DNA of 64,000 nucleotides from Gemmatimonadota bacterium (lineage in GTDB: Bacteria > Gemmatimonadota > Gemmatimonadetes > Palauibacterales > KS3-K002): contig JAZGAL010000090.1 of the NCBI GenBank assembly GCA_036475815.1, forward strand, positions 1,613 through 65,612, written 5' to 3'. The notes beneath the pieces are model-generated. The model was given only the letters and a program-made list of their open reading frames with translations, was not told the DNA's origin and ran no database searches. Below, one piece after another: positions 8,691 through 17,626 of the stretch. A program made the position numbers and the translations under genes. Positions within the stretch are counted from its first letter, which is position 1. Each line of letters starts with the position of its first letter.

Positions 8691-9248
8691 ATGGGAGACT
8701 TTGGACCACTCACGCTGGGCCGGTTGGGCGGACCAACCGGGCTGGCGCGGTCAGCGCCTGGCTCGCCGGCGCCCCGTGCTGCGGAGGAGCGACGGGGGGC
8801 GCGGGTGGATACACGTGTGTCCGCTGCGGCCCTGGCGGCTCTGATCGAGGAGACGGCGCTGCTCTTTCGGCGGCTGGGCGCGGCGGCGCGAGAGATGCAC
8901 GGGCAGGGTGTGCGTTCGGGCGAGCGGCGTCATGTGCTGAAAGGGCTCGCTAGAGTGGGGCCGCGTACCGTCCCGCAGTTGGCACGCGACCGGTCGGTGT
9001 CCCGCCAGCATGTGCAGGCGCTGGTGAACCTGCTAGCCGAGCAGGGCTACGTGGAGTTCATCGACAACCCTGCGCACAAGCGATCGCACCTGGTGCGACT
9101 GACCCCGGCAGGCAAAGAACAGGTCGGTGAGGCGAATCGTCGCGAGGCGCGGCTGTTGAGCGGACTGAGGACGGGCGTTTCGGAGGCGGAAACGCTCAGC
9201 GCTGCCGCGGTCGTGCGGGCCGTGCGGGAAGCGTTTGCGAGCGATTAG
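8691..9248 (+). CDS. MarR family transcriptional regulator
   Basis: Winged-HTH region VPQLARDRSVSRQHVQALVNLLAEQGYVEFIDNPAHKRSHLVRLTPAGKEQ. The N-terminal ~45 aa are low-complexity, so the start is uncertain. Confidence 0.8.
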   Translation: MGDFGPLTLGRLGGPTGLARSAPGSPAPRAAEERRGARVDTRVSAAALAALIEETALLFRRLGAAAREMHGQGVRSGERRHVLKGLARVGPRTVPQLARDRSVSRQHVQALVNLLAEQGYVEFIDNPAHKRSHLVRLTPAGKEQVGEANRREARLLSGLRTGVSEAETLSAAAVVRAVREAFASD

Positions 9249-9841
9249 AGTTTGTCGTCGGCGGCGTCGTAGACGCGGCGAAAGTTGATGGTCCGCCGTC
9301 CTCCGCTGACCTTCAGCTTGATGTAGAGCTGGCGACCGCCCTCTGCCAGCTCGAAGGTCTCGGTGATCTTCGCGCCGCCTTCGAGCGACCGTTCCACCAC
9401 GAACTTGTCGCCCTTCCATCGGGCCTTGATCTGTACGATGCCCAGCCCTTCGATCCGTCGTTCGCGCTCCTGACCATCCGGATAGAACGTTCGCGTGAGT
9501 CCCTCGGCGCCGGTCAGGGTCAGCGTAGAGTCGCCCTCCTCGATCTTGAATGCGACCGAGTTCTGCAGAAGCACGGCCAGCCCGATCTGCATCCGCTCGC
9601 GACGCTCACCGCCGCCGCCACCCGGCCGGCCGGGGGGAGCCCCTGCTGGCCGCTGGCGTTGCATCTGGTCACCGGGCTTATCGCTCTCCTCCAGGTTGAC
9701 GATCCAGGTGCCCGTGATATCCGGGTGCTCGGGCGCAGCGCCGGAACCGCTGCCCGAGCAGGCTGGCAACGCGCCGATGGACGCTGTAAGCAGTAAGCTC
9801 AGCAGCAGATCTTTGAAGGGACTTCTGAAGGGACTTCTCAT
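9245..9841 (-). CDS. lipoprotein, hypothetical (beta-rich, lipocalin-like by eye)
   Basis: Lipobox ...SIGALPAC, then a Gly/Pro/Arg low-complexity linker and a beta-strand-rich C-terminus. It lies downstream of, and co-oriented with, the ECF operon. Confidence 0.55.
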   Translation of the reverse strand: MRSPFRSPFKDLLLSLLLTASIGALPACSGSGSGAAPEHPDITGTWIVNLEESDKPGDQMQRQRPAGAPPGRPGGGGGERRERMQIGLAVLLQNSVAFKIEEGDSTLTLTGAEGLTRTFYPDGQERERRIEGLGIVQIKARWKGDKFVVERSLEGGAKITETFELAEGGRQLYIKLKVSGGRRTINFRRVYDAADDKL

Positions 9842-9946
9842 AGACTGCCTCCACCAGTACTTGGAATTGCGATCGCCTCACAATAAACAGCAGAGGCCGA
9901 GGCGCGAGTCAAGGTCGCCACGCATAGGAGACGTCCGCCGGAACGG

Positions 9947-10414
9947 CTATCGCTGTGGCGGCGGAGGCGCGCCCATTCCACGCCCTCGCATCCCCTGGCG
10001 CATGGGACCGCGGCGGTGGCGCATGGTCGCCATCAGGCTGTCCATCCGGGCCGCTTGCTGTGGAGTGAGCACCGCTCGGATCTCCATGCGGACCGAGTCC
10101 GTCACGGAACGCAGGCGTGGAAGCATGTGCTGCAGCATCTCCTCCGTGCGCGGCCGGCTCCGTTCCATGATCTCCATGATCTGCGCTCGCTGGTCCCGCG
10201 TGAGTTCCAGTTCCCTGTACATCGCGGGCATCGCGCCGTCCATCACCCACGGCCGCATCATGTCCGCCCCTGACCGAGTGAGATCGCGCACGCTGCGAGT
10301 GGCCCGGACCCGCTCGAGCGCTACCCCGGCCAGCACTCCGACGACGAGCGTGACGAGCAGCAGGGCGATGCCCTGCGCCCGAACCCGGCCCAACGACTCG
10401 ACACCGTTCTTCAT
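9947..10414 (-). CDS. periplasmic Spy/CpxP-family (LTXXQ-motif) protein
   Basis: N-terminal TM/signal, two LTXXQ-type motifs (LELTRDQRAQI, VLTPQQAARM), and a basic Gly/Pro/Met tail. Overlaps the upstream anti-sigma gene by 4 nt. Confidence 0.7.
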   Translation of the reverse strand: MKNGVESLGRVRAQGIALLLVTLVVGVLAGVALERVRATRSVRDLTRSGADMMRPWVMDGAMPAMYRELELTRDQRAQIMEIMERSRPRTEEMLQHMLPRLRSVTDSVRMEIRAVLTPQQAARMDSLMATMRHRRGPMRQGMRGRGMGAPPPPQR

Positions 10415-10767
10415 GACTGTTCCTCCAGGGCCACGAGCAACTCGGCCGTAGTCGGCACCTCGTCACTTCGCACCCACTCGGCGATCTGGTTGGGCATACC
10501 GATGGCTTCGGCGAGGCCTATTTCGGGCTCGGTCACCGTCGAAGTCTGGAACCGCGTCAGCGCCCCGATCGATACGATCCCGGTGATGGCGGCGGCGGCC
10601 AGGAGCGGTCGCCACCACAGTCCGAGCTGCCCGACCACACTGGCCCGGGCACCTCGCGTTGCGAGCGGTCGTGCCGCGGCGGCCATGATCGAGCGAACGA
10701 TACTCTCGAAGCGCTCGGCGTCCTCCATCGGGTCGAGCGGCGAGAAGTCGATTCGATCGTCAGTCAT
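10411..10767 (-). CDS. putative anti-sigma factor (single TM)
   Basis: 118 aa. Overlaps the ECF sigma gene by 8 nt. One TM helix (WWRPLLAAAAITGIVSIGAL). Assignment rests on position and topology only. Confidence 0.55.
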   Translation of the reverse strand: MTDDRIDFSPLDPMEDAERFESIVRSIMAAAARPLATRGARASVVGQLGLWWRPLLAAAAITGIVSIGALTRFQTSTVTEPEIGLAEAIGMPNQIAEWVRSDEVPTTAELLVALEEQS

Positions 10768-11335
10768 CGGAGTACTCCTTCAAGAACCCTGCACCGAGCC
10801 GCTCGCGCATCGCGCGGCGGGCGCCCATCAGGTGCTGCCGCGACATCCCTTCTGATATACCTAACGCCTTGGCGATCTCACGGTGCTTCCAGCTTTGCAT
10901 GTCGTGCAGCAGGACAACCTCCCGCTGGATCTCGCTCAGCTCCGTGAGCGCAGACTCCAGCTCGAGACGCAGCTCACCCAGCTCAGCGACTCTGGCCGTG
11001 TTCTCCTCGCCGGCCGCTCTGATCTCCTCGAGAGGCAACGCCGACCTGACCTTTCGGTAGCTGCTGAAGTTCCTGGCCCGGTTGCGAACGATCTGGAGCA
11101 GCCAGGCCGCGAAACGCTCGGGCTGCCTGAGCTCGTCCAGGCGCTCAATTGCCCGGACGAAGGCGTCCTGGCAAACGTCCTCAGCGTCCATCGGGTTACC
11201 CAGCACGGCCAGCGCCACGGAGTACGCCGCCCGGTAGTGGCGGCGCACCAGCGCTTCGAACGCCCCCGCGTCGCCGCGGCGAGCCCGCTCGACCAGTGGC
11301 CCATCGGGCAAATCTGAACCCCTATCGGATACCAT
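10760..11335 (-). CDS. RNA polymerase ECF-type sigma-70 family factor
   Basis: Region 2 (FEALVRRHYRAAYSVALAVLGNPMDAEDVCQDAFVRA) and region 4 HTH (REVVLLHDMQSWKHREIAKALGISEGMSRQHL). Confidence 0.9.
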   Translation of the reverse strand: MVSDRGSDLPDGPLVERARRGDAGAFEALVRRHYRAAYSVALAVLGNPMDAEDVCQDAFVRAIERLDELRQPERFAAWLLQIVRNRARNFSSYRKVRSALPLEEIRAAGEENTARVAELGELRLELESALTELSEIQREVVLLHDMQSWKHREIAKALGISEGMSRQHLMGARRAMRERLGAGFLKEYSDD

Positions 11336-11452
11336 GCCTCACGACGCCTGCACCAGTAAGACAGTCAATCGGCCCATAATGTTAGCAAAGCAGCCCCCCT
11401 CGGGCGGGAGTGGTTGAGAGAAGGTTCCTGCAGATTCGTCGCCAGATCGGCT

Positions 11453-11644
11453 CTAGAGCCGGTACTGCTTCATCTTGCGCCGCAATGTAGTGCGGCTCAT
11501 GCCCATCAGGCGAGCCTTCCGGCGGCGTCAATCCGTCACCGGTGGCAGCCGCTTCTGCCGCGGAGACCTGGCCTGCAGGTCAAGGACGTGATCACGGCGA
11601 TGGATTTCTTCGAGAAGGCTGAAGGCGCGCAGACGATCTTCAAC
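11453..11644 (-). pseudogene. remnant of a Fis-type (HTH_8) DNA-binding C-terminus with an in-frame TGA
   Basis: The minus-strand frame reads VEDRLRAFSLLEEIHRRDHVLDLQ...VTD*RRRKARLMGMSRTTLRRKMKQYRL*. The stop is at 11528-11530. No AAA+ domain or start codon lies upstream. Confidence 0.35.
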
Positions 11645-11998
11645 TGAGCGGTCGGAATGTTCCACAGCGGATGGCGCGCGGGTCTTTCCGGGCCCGGGCG
11701 ATGGGCTGATCTCGGCAGCTCGAGGGTGGTCATGCCCGTTCCGAACGGCCCGCGTGGCTCTCGCGACAGGGCCGTATAAGGTGAACGTGGCCGCGGGTAT
11801 GGTGTAGAAGAGGCTGTTTGTATAGAATTAGCTGCCCGCCGCATTCTCCCAGACATGAGGAGTGCAATACCCTACGGATGAGTGCCGCGGCCTATGGGTG
11901 TGGTATGATCCGGGCAGGCGAGCTCCGCCGGGGTGTGTGAGCGACGCGGCGGCGAGATGGGATCCCGGCGGCTGAGTTGAGGAGAGAGCGGTAGCAGT

Positions 11999-13843
11999 TT
12001 GATACGGAACATTGCGATCATCGCGCACGTTGATCATGGGAAGACCACGCTGATCGATAAGATGTTGAGGCAAGCGGGGGTCTTCCGCTCCAACCAGCAG
12101 GTGGCGGATCGCGTGATGGATTCCAACCCGCTCGAACGCGAGCGCGGTATAACCATCCTGTCAAAGAACACGGCGGTCCGCTGGGGCGACGTCAAGATCA
12201 ATATCGTCGACACCCCGGGTCACGCCGACTTCGGCGGCGAGGTGGAGCGCATCCTGAGGATGGTGGACGGGGTGTTGCTGTTGGTGGATGCCGCGGAGGG
12301 ACCGATGCCGCAGACGCGCTTCGTCACGCGCAAGGCGTTGGCCCTGGACCTGCAGCCGATCGTCGTCATCAACAAGCTCGACCGGTCCGACGCGCGTCCC
12401 CTGGAGGTCCACGATGCCGTGCTCGACCTGCTCATCGAGCTGGAGGCGACCGAAGCCCAACTCGACGCGCCGTTCCTCTACGCCTCCGCCCGTGACGGTT
12501 GGGCCTCACTGTCCGAGGAGGAGCGCGGCGGCGATCTGGGGCCGCTGTTCGAGGCGATTCTCGAGCATGTTCCGGCGCCCGACTGCGACGCCGGCGGCCC
12601 CTTCCAGATGCTGATCTCGACCCTCGACTACTCGAATTACCTGGGCCGTGTGGCTATCGGGCGTATCGAGCGTGGCACGGTCGATGTGGGGAGTTCGGTG
12701 GCCTTGTTGCCTTCCGGCGAGGCGGGCGCGGTGGCCGGCGGTGAAGCTGAAACGGGCCGGGTGCTCAAGCTCTACGGCTTCGATGGGCTCAAGCGCGTCG
12801 AGGTAGAGAGCGCGTCCGCTGGTGACATAGTCGCCCTAGCAGGTCTCGACGGTGTTGAGATTGGGATGACGATCACGGCTAATGATGTGCAGGAGCGACT
12901 GCGGGGGATCGCCGTGGAAGAGCCGACGATCTCGGTGGACTTCATGGTCAACAACTCGCCCTTCGCCGGGGAATCGGGCCGGTACGTTACCACACGGCAG
13001 GTGAACGAACGGCTGTACAAGGAGCTGGAGCGCAATGTGGCCCTCAAGGTCGAGGAGACGGACAAGCCCGAGGTACTGACGGTGTCGGGCCGTGGCGAGC
13101 TCCATCTGGCGATCCTCATGGAGACGATGCGTCGCGAGGGCTACGAGTTCCAGGTGAGCCGACCGCGGGTTATCCTGCGGACCGGTGGGAACGGTGAGCG
13201 CCTGGAGCCGTACGAGGAGCTGGTGATCGATGTGCCGGAGGGAATGACCGGCGCGGTGATGAAGGGTCTGGGACCGCGACGGGCTGAGCTCAAAGAGATG
13301 AGAAACCTCGGTCAAGGCCGCGCCCGTATGCATTTCAGGATTCCGGCCCGCGGCCTGTTCGGGTACCGCTCCGAGTTCCTCACCAGCACGCGGGGCGAGG
13401 GTATCATGCACCACCGGTTCCTGGATTACGGTCCCTGGGCGGGGCCGCTGAGCAGCCGACCGCGGGGCGTGCTCGTAGCCGACCGTCGGGGAGTGGCGTC
13501 GGCTTACGCATTGTTCAACCTGCAAGAGCGGGGCACGCTGTTCATCGGACCGCGCGAGCCGGCGTACGAGGGCATGATTGTAGGCGAGCATGCCCGGCCT
13601 GGTGACCTGGAAGTGAACGTCTCGAAGCAAAAGAAGCTCACGAACATCCGTGCTGCAGCATCTGACGACAACATCTTGCTGGAACCGCCGCGGCGCATCT
13701 CTCTCGAGGGTGCCCTGGAGTACATAGAGGACGATGAGCTGATCGAAGTCACGCCTGACGCGCTTCGGCTGCGCAAGCGTGTGTGCAACGCCAACGAGCG
13801 CAAGAAAGCTGCCCGCCTGCGCGACAGCGCCGGCGTGAATTGA
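11999..13843 (+). CDS. typA: translational GTPase TypA/BipA
   Basis: TTG start after GGAGAGAG. Motifs [27 protein letters not shown] and NKLD, plus a full-length EF-G-like domain series (614 aa). Confidence 0.95.
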   Translation: MIRNIAIIAHVDHGKTTLIDKMLRQAGVFRSNQQVADRVMDSNPLERERGITILSKNTAVRWGDVKINIVDTPGHADFGGEVERILRMVDGVLLLVDAAEGPMPQTRFVTRKALALDLQPIVVINKLDRSDARPLEVHDAVLDLLIELEATEAQLDAPFLYASARDGWASLSEEERGGDLGPLFEAILEHVPAPDCDAGGPFQMLISTLDYSNYLGRVAIGRIERGTVDVGSSVALLPSGEAGAVAGGEAETGRVLKLYGFDGLKRVEVESASAGDIVALAGLDGVEIGMTITANDVQERLRGIAVEEPTISVDFMVNNSPFAGESGRYVTTRQVNERLYKELERNVALKVEETDKPEVLTVSGRGELHLAILMETMRREGYEFQVSRPRVILRTGGNGERLEPYEELVIDVPEGMTGAVMKGLGPRRAELKEMRNLGQGRARMHFRIPARGLFGYRSEFLTSTRGEGIMHHRFLDYGPWAGPLSSRPRGVLVADRRGVASAYALFNLQERGTLFIGPREPAYEGMIVGEHARPGDLEVNVSKQKKLTNIRAAASDDNILLEPPRRISLEGALEYIEDDELIEVTPDALRLRKRVCNANERKKAARLRDSAGVN

Positions 13844-13856
13844 AGGAAGTGTACGT

Positions 13857-15092
13857 GTGAAGAAAAAGGGCCCTCGCAGAAAGCGCTCCCCGAGGCGGAG
13901 ACGCCCCGAAAGACAAGCTCGCACCTCGTTCGAGATGCGGCCCGTGGGTGAAGCCGCCTACCTGGGTGTTTTGGAGCTCAACGGCAAAGGCAGCGGCTTC
14001 ATCCGCTGTCGCGAGGCGAATTACCTGCCATCGGATTGTGATATCCATGTTAGTCGACAGTTGATCCGGCAGTACGAGCTCAGGACGGGAGACGAGATCA
14101 CAGGTGTCGTAGGTGCGCCGCCCGGCGGGGGAAAGAGCCAGCCGTTGACGAAGATCACGGCCATCAACGGCCGGCCGCCGGAGCAGATCGAGGGGCGACC
14201 GGATTTCAACCGGCTGGGCGCGATTCATCCTGATGAGCAGCTTGTGCTCGAGTGCAAGATCAAGCGGCCCGGTGGGCTGGATAACACCAACCGGGTGATC
14301 GACCTCCTCTGTCCTTTTGGCAGAGGGCAACGGGCGATGATCGTGTCTCCGGCGAAAGCGGGTAAGACCACGGTACTGCAGGCGGTGGCGGAAGGGATCG
14401 TCACGAACTATCCCGATGCCACGCTGTTCATCCTTCTCGTGGATGAGCGGCCTGAGGAGGTCACGGAGATGGAGGCCTGCGGTTTCGGTGAGGTCGTGTC
14501 TTCGAGTTTCGATTTCCCGCCGGACCGGCACGTGGCGGTGGCAGAGCTCACGCTGGAACGCGCTCGCCGACGTGTGGAGTTGGGCGAGGACGTAGTCATC
14601 ATCCTCGACTCCATCACGCGATTGGCACGCGCTTACAACGCGGTGGAAAAGGGCAGCGGCCGTACTCTCTCCGGTGGCCTGGGCGCGGGCGCGATGGACA
14701 AGCCGAAGCGCTTCCTGGGTAGTGCCCGCAAGGTGGATCCCAGCAAGGGTGAGGGGTCTCTCACTATCATCGCCACAGCCCTGGTCGATACGGGCTCGCG
14801 AATGGACGAAGTGATCTTCGAGGAGTTCAAAGGCACCGGCAACAGCGAACTCGTGCTGAGCCGTGAGCTGGCGGACCGGCGCATCTTTCCGGCCATCGAT
14901 CTCAACGCCAGCTCGACTCGACGCGAGGAGCGACTGTTGTCTGCGGATGCGCTCGCCGTCTCGCAAGCGATCCGGCGCCGGCTGGCCCAAGCATCGCCGG
15001 TCGGCGCGATGACGGAGCTGCTGGCCGTCATGGAGCGGACCGAGTCCAACGCGCAACTACTGAAGGAAGCCGCGGCCACGCTAGCAGATTGA
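13857..15092 (+). CDS. rho: transcription termination factor Rho (short basic N-terminus)
   Basis: CSD-like GVLELNGKGSGFIRC, Walker A GQRAMIVSPAKAGKTTVLQ, and LVDERPEEV. GTG start after GAAGGAAG. The first ~25 aa are Arg/Lys-rich. Confidence 0.95.
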   Translation: MKKKGPRRKRSPRRRRPERQARTSFEMRPVGEAAYLGVLELNGKGSGFIRCREANYLPSDCDIHVSRQLIRQYELRTGDEITGVVGAPPGGGKSQPLTKITAINGRPPEQIEGRPDFNRLGAIHPDEQLVLECKIKRPGGLDNTNRVIDLLCPFGRGQRAMIVSPAKAGKTTVLQAVAEGIVTNYPDATLFILLVDERPEEVTEMEACGFGEVVSSSFDFPPDRHVAVAELTLERARRRVELGEDVVIILDSITRLARAYNAVEKGSGRTLSGGLGAGAMDKPKRFLGSARKVDPSKGEGSLTIIATALVDTGSRMDEVIFEEFKGTGNSELVLSRELADRRIFPAIDLNASSTRREERLLSADALAVSQAIRRRLAQASPVGAMTELLAVMERTESNAQLLKEAAATLAD

Positions 15093-15324
15093 TCCAGCGC
15101 TTCTCCCGCCAGTCATTCCAGAACAACACTCCCTTTGCCCCTGTTGCGCAGAATGGCGAGCGATTCGGCGCTTGTGGCCGCCACCTGCCTCTGTGCCTCG
15201 CTTTCACGCCACACACGGTACACTGCACCCTGCACCCTGCACAAATGTGCGCGTCCGTGAAAAAAATGACCGCCCCCGTCACGGTCGATTAGCGTAAGTG
15301 ATTGCGACTACGGGCTGAGCAGAC

Positions 15325-15339
15325 TGGCACGGAAGTGGC
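15325..15339 (+). promoter_or_regulatory. candidate sigma54 (-24/-12) promoter
   Basis: TGGCAC-GGAAG-TGGC has GG and GC at consensus spacing, with one mismatch to TGGCAC-N5-TTGC. It lies about 57 nt upstream of ATG 15396. Confidence 0.35.
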
Positions 15340-15395
15340 TCGCTGTAATCATGCAAACTCCCACGCAGGTACCCAGCGAGCAGTGAGGCGACTGC

Positions 15396-17477
15396 ATGGC
15401 CAGGCTCAGCTTTGAGCAGTCCGAGGGCCGCGAGATCCCAGCGGCCAAACCCGTTTACCGGATGCGTCGCACGACGAGCTCTGATCTGTTCACGGAGTCC
15501 GCATTCGTCTTCACCATGAAGACGATGTGGGCGCGCGTGACGACACCGCGGGCGCTTGAGTACTACCACGCTGTGGTTCGACAGTTCGTCGGGCTGTCGC
15601 TGCTAATCCTTGCCACCATGGCGGCGATAGTGGTTTGGGTCATCCGCCAGTTCGGCGAGCTGGGTCTCTTCACACTCAAAGCGGGTAAGCATTCACTTGA
15701 CCGTGTAGGTCGAGGTGCCGACGCCGTCGGCCAGCGACTCGATAAAGCCGGGCGTGGGGTAGGTAGGCGCGTCACGCGCTGCACAGGCAGCATCGGTCAA
15801 GGTGTCGGTAACGTCGGCCGGGGAGTGTCCAGCGCCAGCCGTGGCGTGGTCAGCGGCGTCAACCGCGGCGTCGGCAGTGCCGAGCGAGGCTTCAGCAGCG
15901 TTGGACGCGGTGTCGGAGTGGTAGGGCGCAGCGTAAGCGGAGCTGGACGAAGCATGGGCTACGGCATCAGCGGCTGCAGCAGTCGTGCGGCGAGTATCGC
16001 GTTGAGCGTGTTGTCAGCCGTCTCGAGAGAAGTGGCGGTCCTGGCGCATCTGGTCGCTGCGGGTTTCGGAATCTTGTGGTCGCTGTCATGCCGAACTGGC
16101 TTGCGAGCCTGGCGTCTGAGCGTACGATTGGCAGCGCTGTCGCGACGGGGTGCTCGCCGCCACCGGTTCGCCACCGCAACGTTGGCGATGTCGCTCGTTC
16201 TCCTGCTGACGGCTCCCGCGATCAGTCGGGTGCTAACCGTCTTGACCGATGGAGTTCGCTCGAGGATCGCTTCGCTGCCCGAGCCCTCGCTGGCCAAGAT
16301 TCCGGTGCCCAGCGTAACGCTCCCTGAAGTGTTGATTCCACGAGTGACTTTCCACAAGCCACGCCTGCCGAAGTTGTCGTCGACCGAGCTGCGGATTCCC
16401 GACCTGGCCGTCCCGGACGTCTCGATACAACTGCCGGCGTTCATCACGATGTCGATCAGAAGACTGGATGAGATGCTCGCAGGCCCGCTCGTCGAGCCCA
16501 ATGCCCGCCTGCTGGTGGCCGACCTGAAGGGCGACAGCGAATCCAGGGCCGACCTGGACCGGGTGCTCGCGCTCGTGCTGGAGGCCGAGCTTGCGCCGGC
16601 CCGCCACTTCACCGTCCTGCCCCGGGAGCGAGCGCTCGCCGCTGTGAAAGGGCCGAGGAGCGGCGACGGCTTTGCGCTTAGTGCTGAGCAAGCCGTAGCT
16701 CTCGCTGCTGTGACCGGTTCGGCAGCGGTGGTTACGGGCCGTTACGCGATTGCGGATGAGGTTTACAGTCTAGACCTCGTCGTTCTGGATCCAGCGGGCG
16801 AAGAGGTCTATCGCGTGACCAGCTTTGGTGCGGAAGCGGGACTGCTGGACGCGGTCGTGGAAGGCGCGCACGGCCTCAAGCAGAGACTGGGAGAGTCCGC
16901 GGAGGACAACCCGGCGCTGGTTGGGCCGGCGTTGTCAAGTTCCCTCCCGGCCTTGCACGCTTATGCCGACGCCCGCTCCCTCCTTCGGCGGGGTCGGTAC
17001 CGTGCAAGTATAGCTGCTGCGGCAGCGGCGGCGCGGCAGGACACGGCTTTCGCTGCAGCTTATCGCGTTGCTGGCGACGCCTATGCTCTCGCCGGGCAAC
17101 GCCGGCGCGCCAGGGAAGCGCTGGAGAACGCCTGGCGGGTGAGGGGACGTCTTTCGGAGCGCGAGCGCCTTCGACTCGCCGCCGATCGCAAGGCACTAGC
17201 CGGGCGCTATTCCGATGCGATTGCCGCCTACGACCGCCTGTTCAGCCTCTACCGGGACGATGTCAGCGCTCTCAAGAGCCAGGCCGTTTTGCAGAGGATG
17301 ATCGGCGCCCGCGGTCGCGGCGTTGGAAATCTGCGCGTCGCCTATTCCATCGATCCGGTCGACTGGCCGTCATTGCAGCGGATCGCCCGGTTCCTTGGCT
17401 ATCGCGGGCGTCTTCCATCGATGGACACGTTTGCCGCGGCGGAAGATAGAGCGAGCGCGGTCCGCCCATCGATCTAG
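15396..17477 (+). CDS. hypothetical membrane protein with an 11-aa repeat region and a C-terminal TPR-like domain
   Basis: 693 aa with TM helices (FVGLSLLILATMAAIVVWVI; VAVLAHLVAAGFGILWSL; ATLAMSLVLLLTAPAI). A mid domain (LLVADLKGDSESRADLDRVLALVLEAEL...) resembles the TolB-N/FlgO-like modules seen in sensor proteins. The C-terminus is helical and Ala/Arg-rich, TPR-like. Confidence 0.6.
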   Translation: MARLSFEQSEGREIPAAKPVYRMRRTTSSDLFTESAFVFTMKTMWARVTTPRALEYYHAVVRQFVGLSLLILATMAAIVVWVIRQFGELGLFTLKAGKHSLDRVGRGADAVGQRLDKAGRGVGRRVTRCTGSIGQGVGNVGRGVSSASRGVVSGVNRGVGSAERGFSSVGRGVGVVGRSVSGAGRSMGYGISGCSSRAASIALSVLSAVSREVAVLAHLVAAGFGILWSLSCRTGLRAWRLSVRLAALSRRGARRHRFATATLAMSLVLLLTAPAISRVLTVLTDGVRSRIASLPEPSLAKIPVPSVTLPEVLIPRVTFHKPRLPKLSSTELRIPDLAVPDVSIQLPAFITMSIRRLDEMLAGPLVEPNARLLVADLKGDSESRADLDRVLALVLEAELAPARHFTVLPRERALAAVKGPRSGDGFALSAEQAVALAAVTGSAAVVTGRYAIADEVYSLDLVVLDPAGEEVYRVTSFGAEAGLLDAVVEGAHGLKQRLGESAEDNPALVGPALSSSLPALHAYADARSLLRRGRYRASIAAAAAAARQDTAFAAAYRVAGDAYALAGQRRRAREALENAWRVRGRLSERERLRLAADRKALAGRYSDAIAAYDRLFSLYRDDVSALKSQAVLQRMIGARGRGVGNLRVAYSIDPVDWPSLQRIARFLGYRGRLPSMDTFAAAEDRASAVRPSI
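15702..15971 (+). repeat. about eight degenerate tandem 33-nt repeats (coding, 11-aa Gly/Arg/Val/Ser units)
   Basis: Units are VGRGADAVGQR / LDKAGRGVGRR / VTRCTGSIGQG / VGNVGRGVSSA / SRGVVSGVNRG / VGSAERGFSSV / GRGVGVVGRSV / SGAGRSMGYGI. An x-G-(V/I/F)-(G/S) core recurs every 11 residues. Confidence 0.6.
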
Positions 17478-17626
17478 AGACCAGCCAAACTCCTGCCATG
17501 CCCGACCGGCCACGGCGATGTGAGGCGGGAGGATCCCCGCGCCGCCAACGCCGTCCGCGAGAAGACCATCTCGATCCGACACTGCTGGGAGAGGAACGGG
17601 TGGCGCTCTAAGGGTGTTGGCCTTAG

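Noticed and set aside
15223-15242. A short tandem heptamer, (CTGCACC) about 2.9 copies, downstream of rho.
   Set aside because: It is too short and imperfect to call a functional repeat, and no associated feature was found.
15702-15971. The 33-nt periodic repeats were considered as a CRISPR-like or non-coding array.
   Set aside because: The units are degenerate and contiguous with no unique spacers. They lie inside a long open frame with sensible flanking TM and TPR domains. No cas genes are present.
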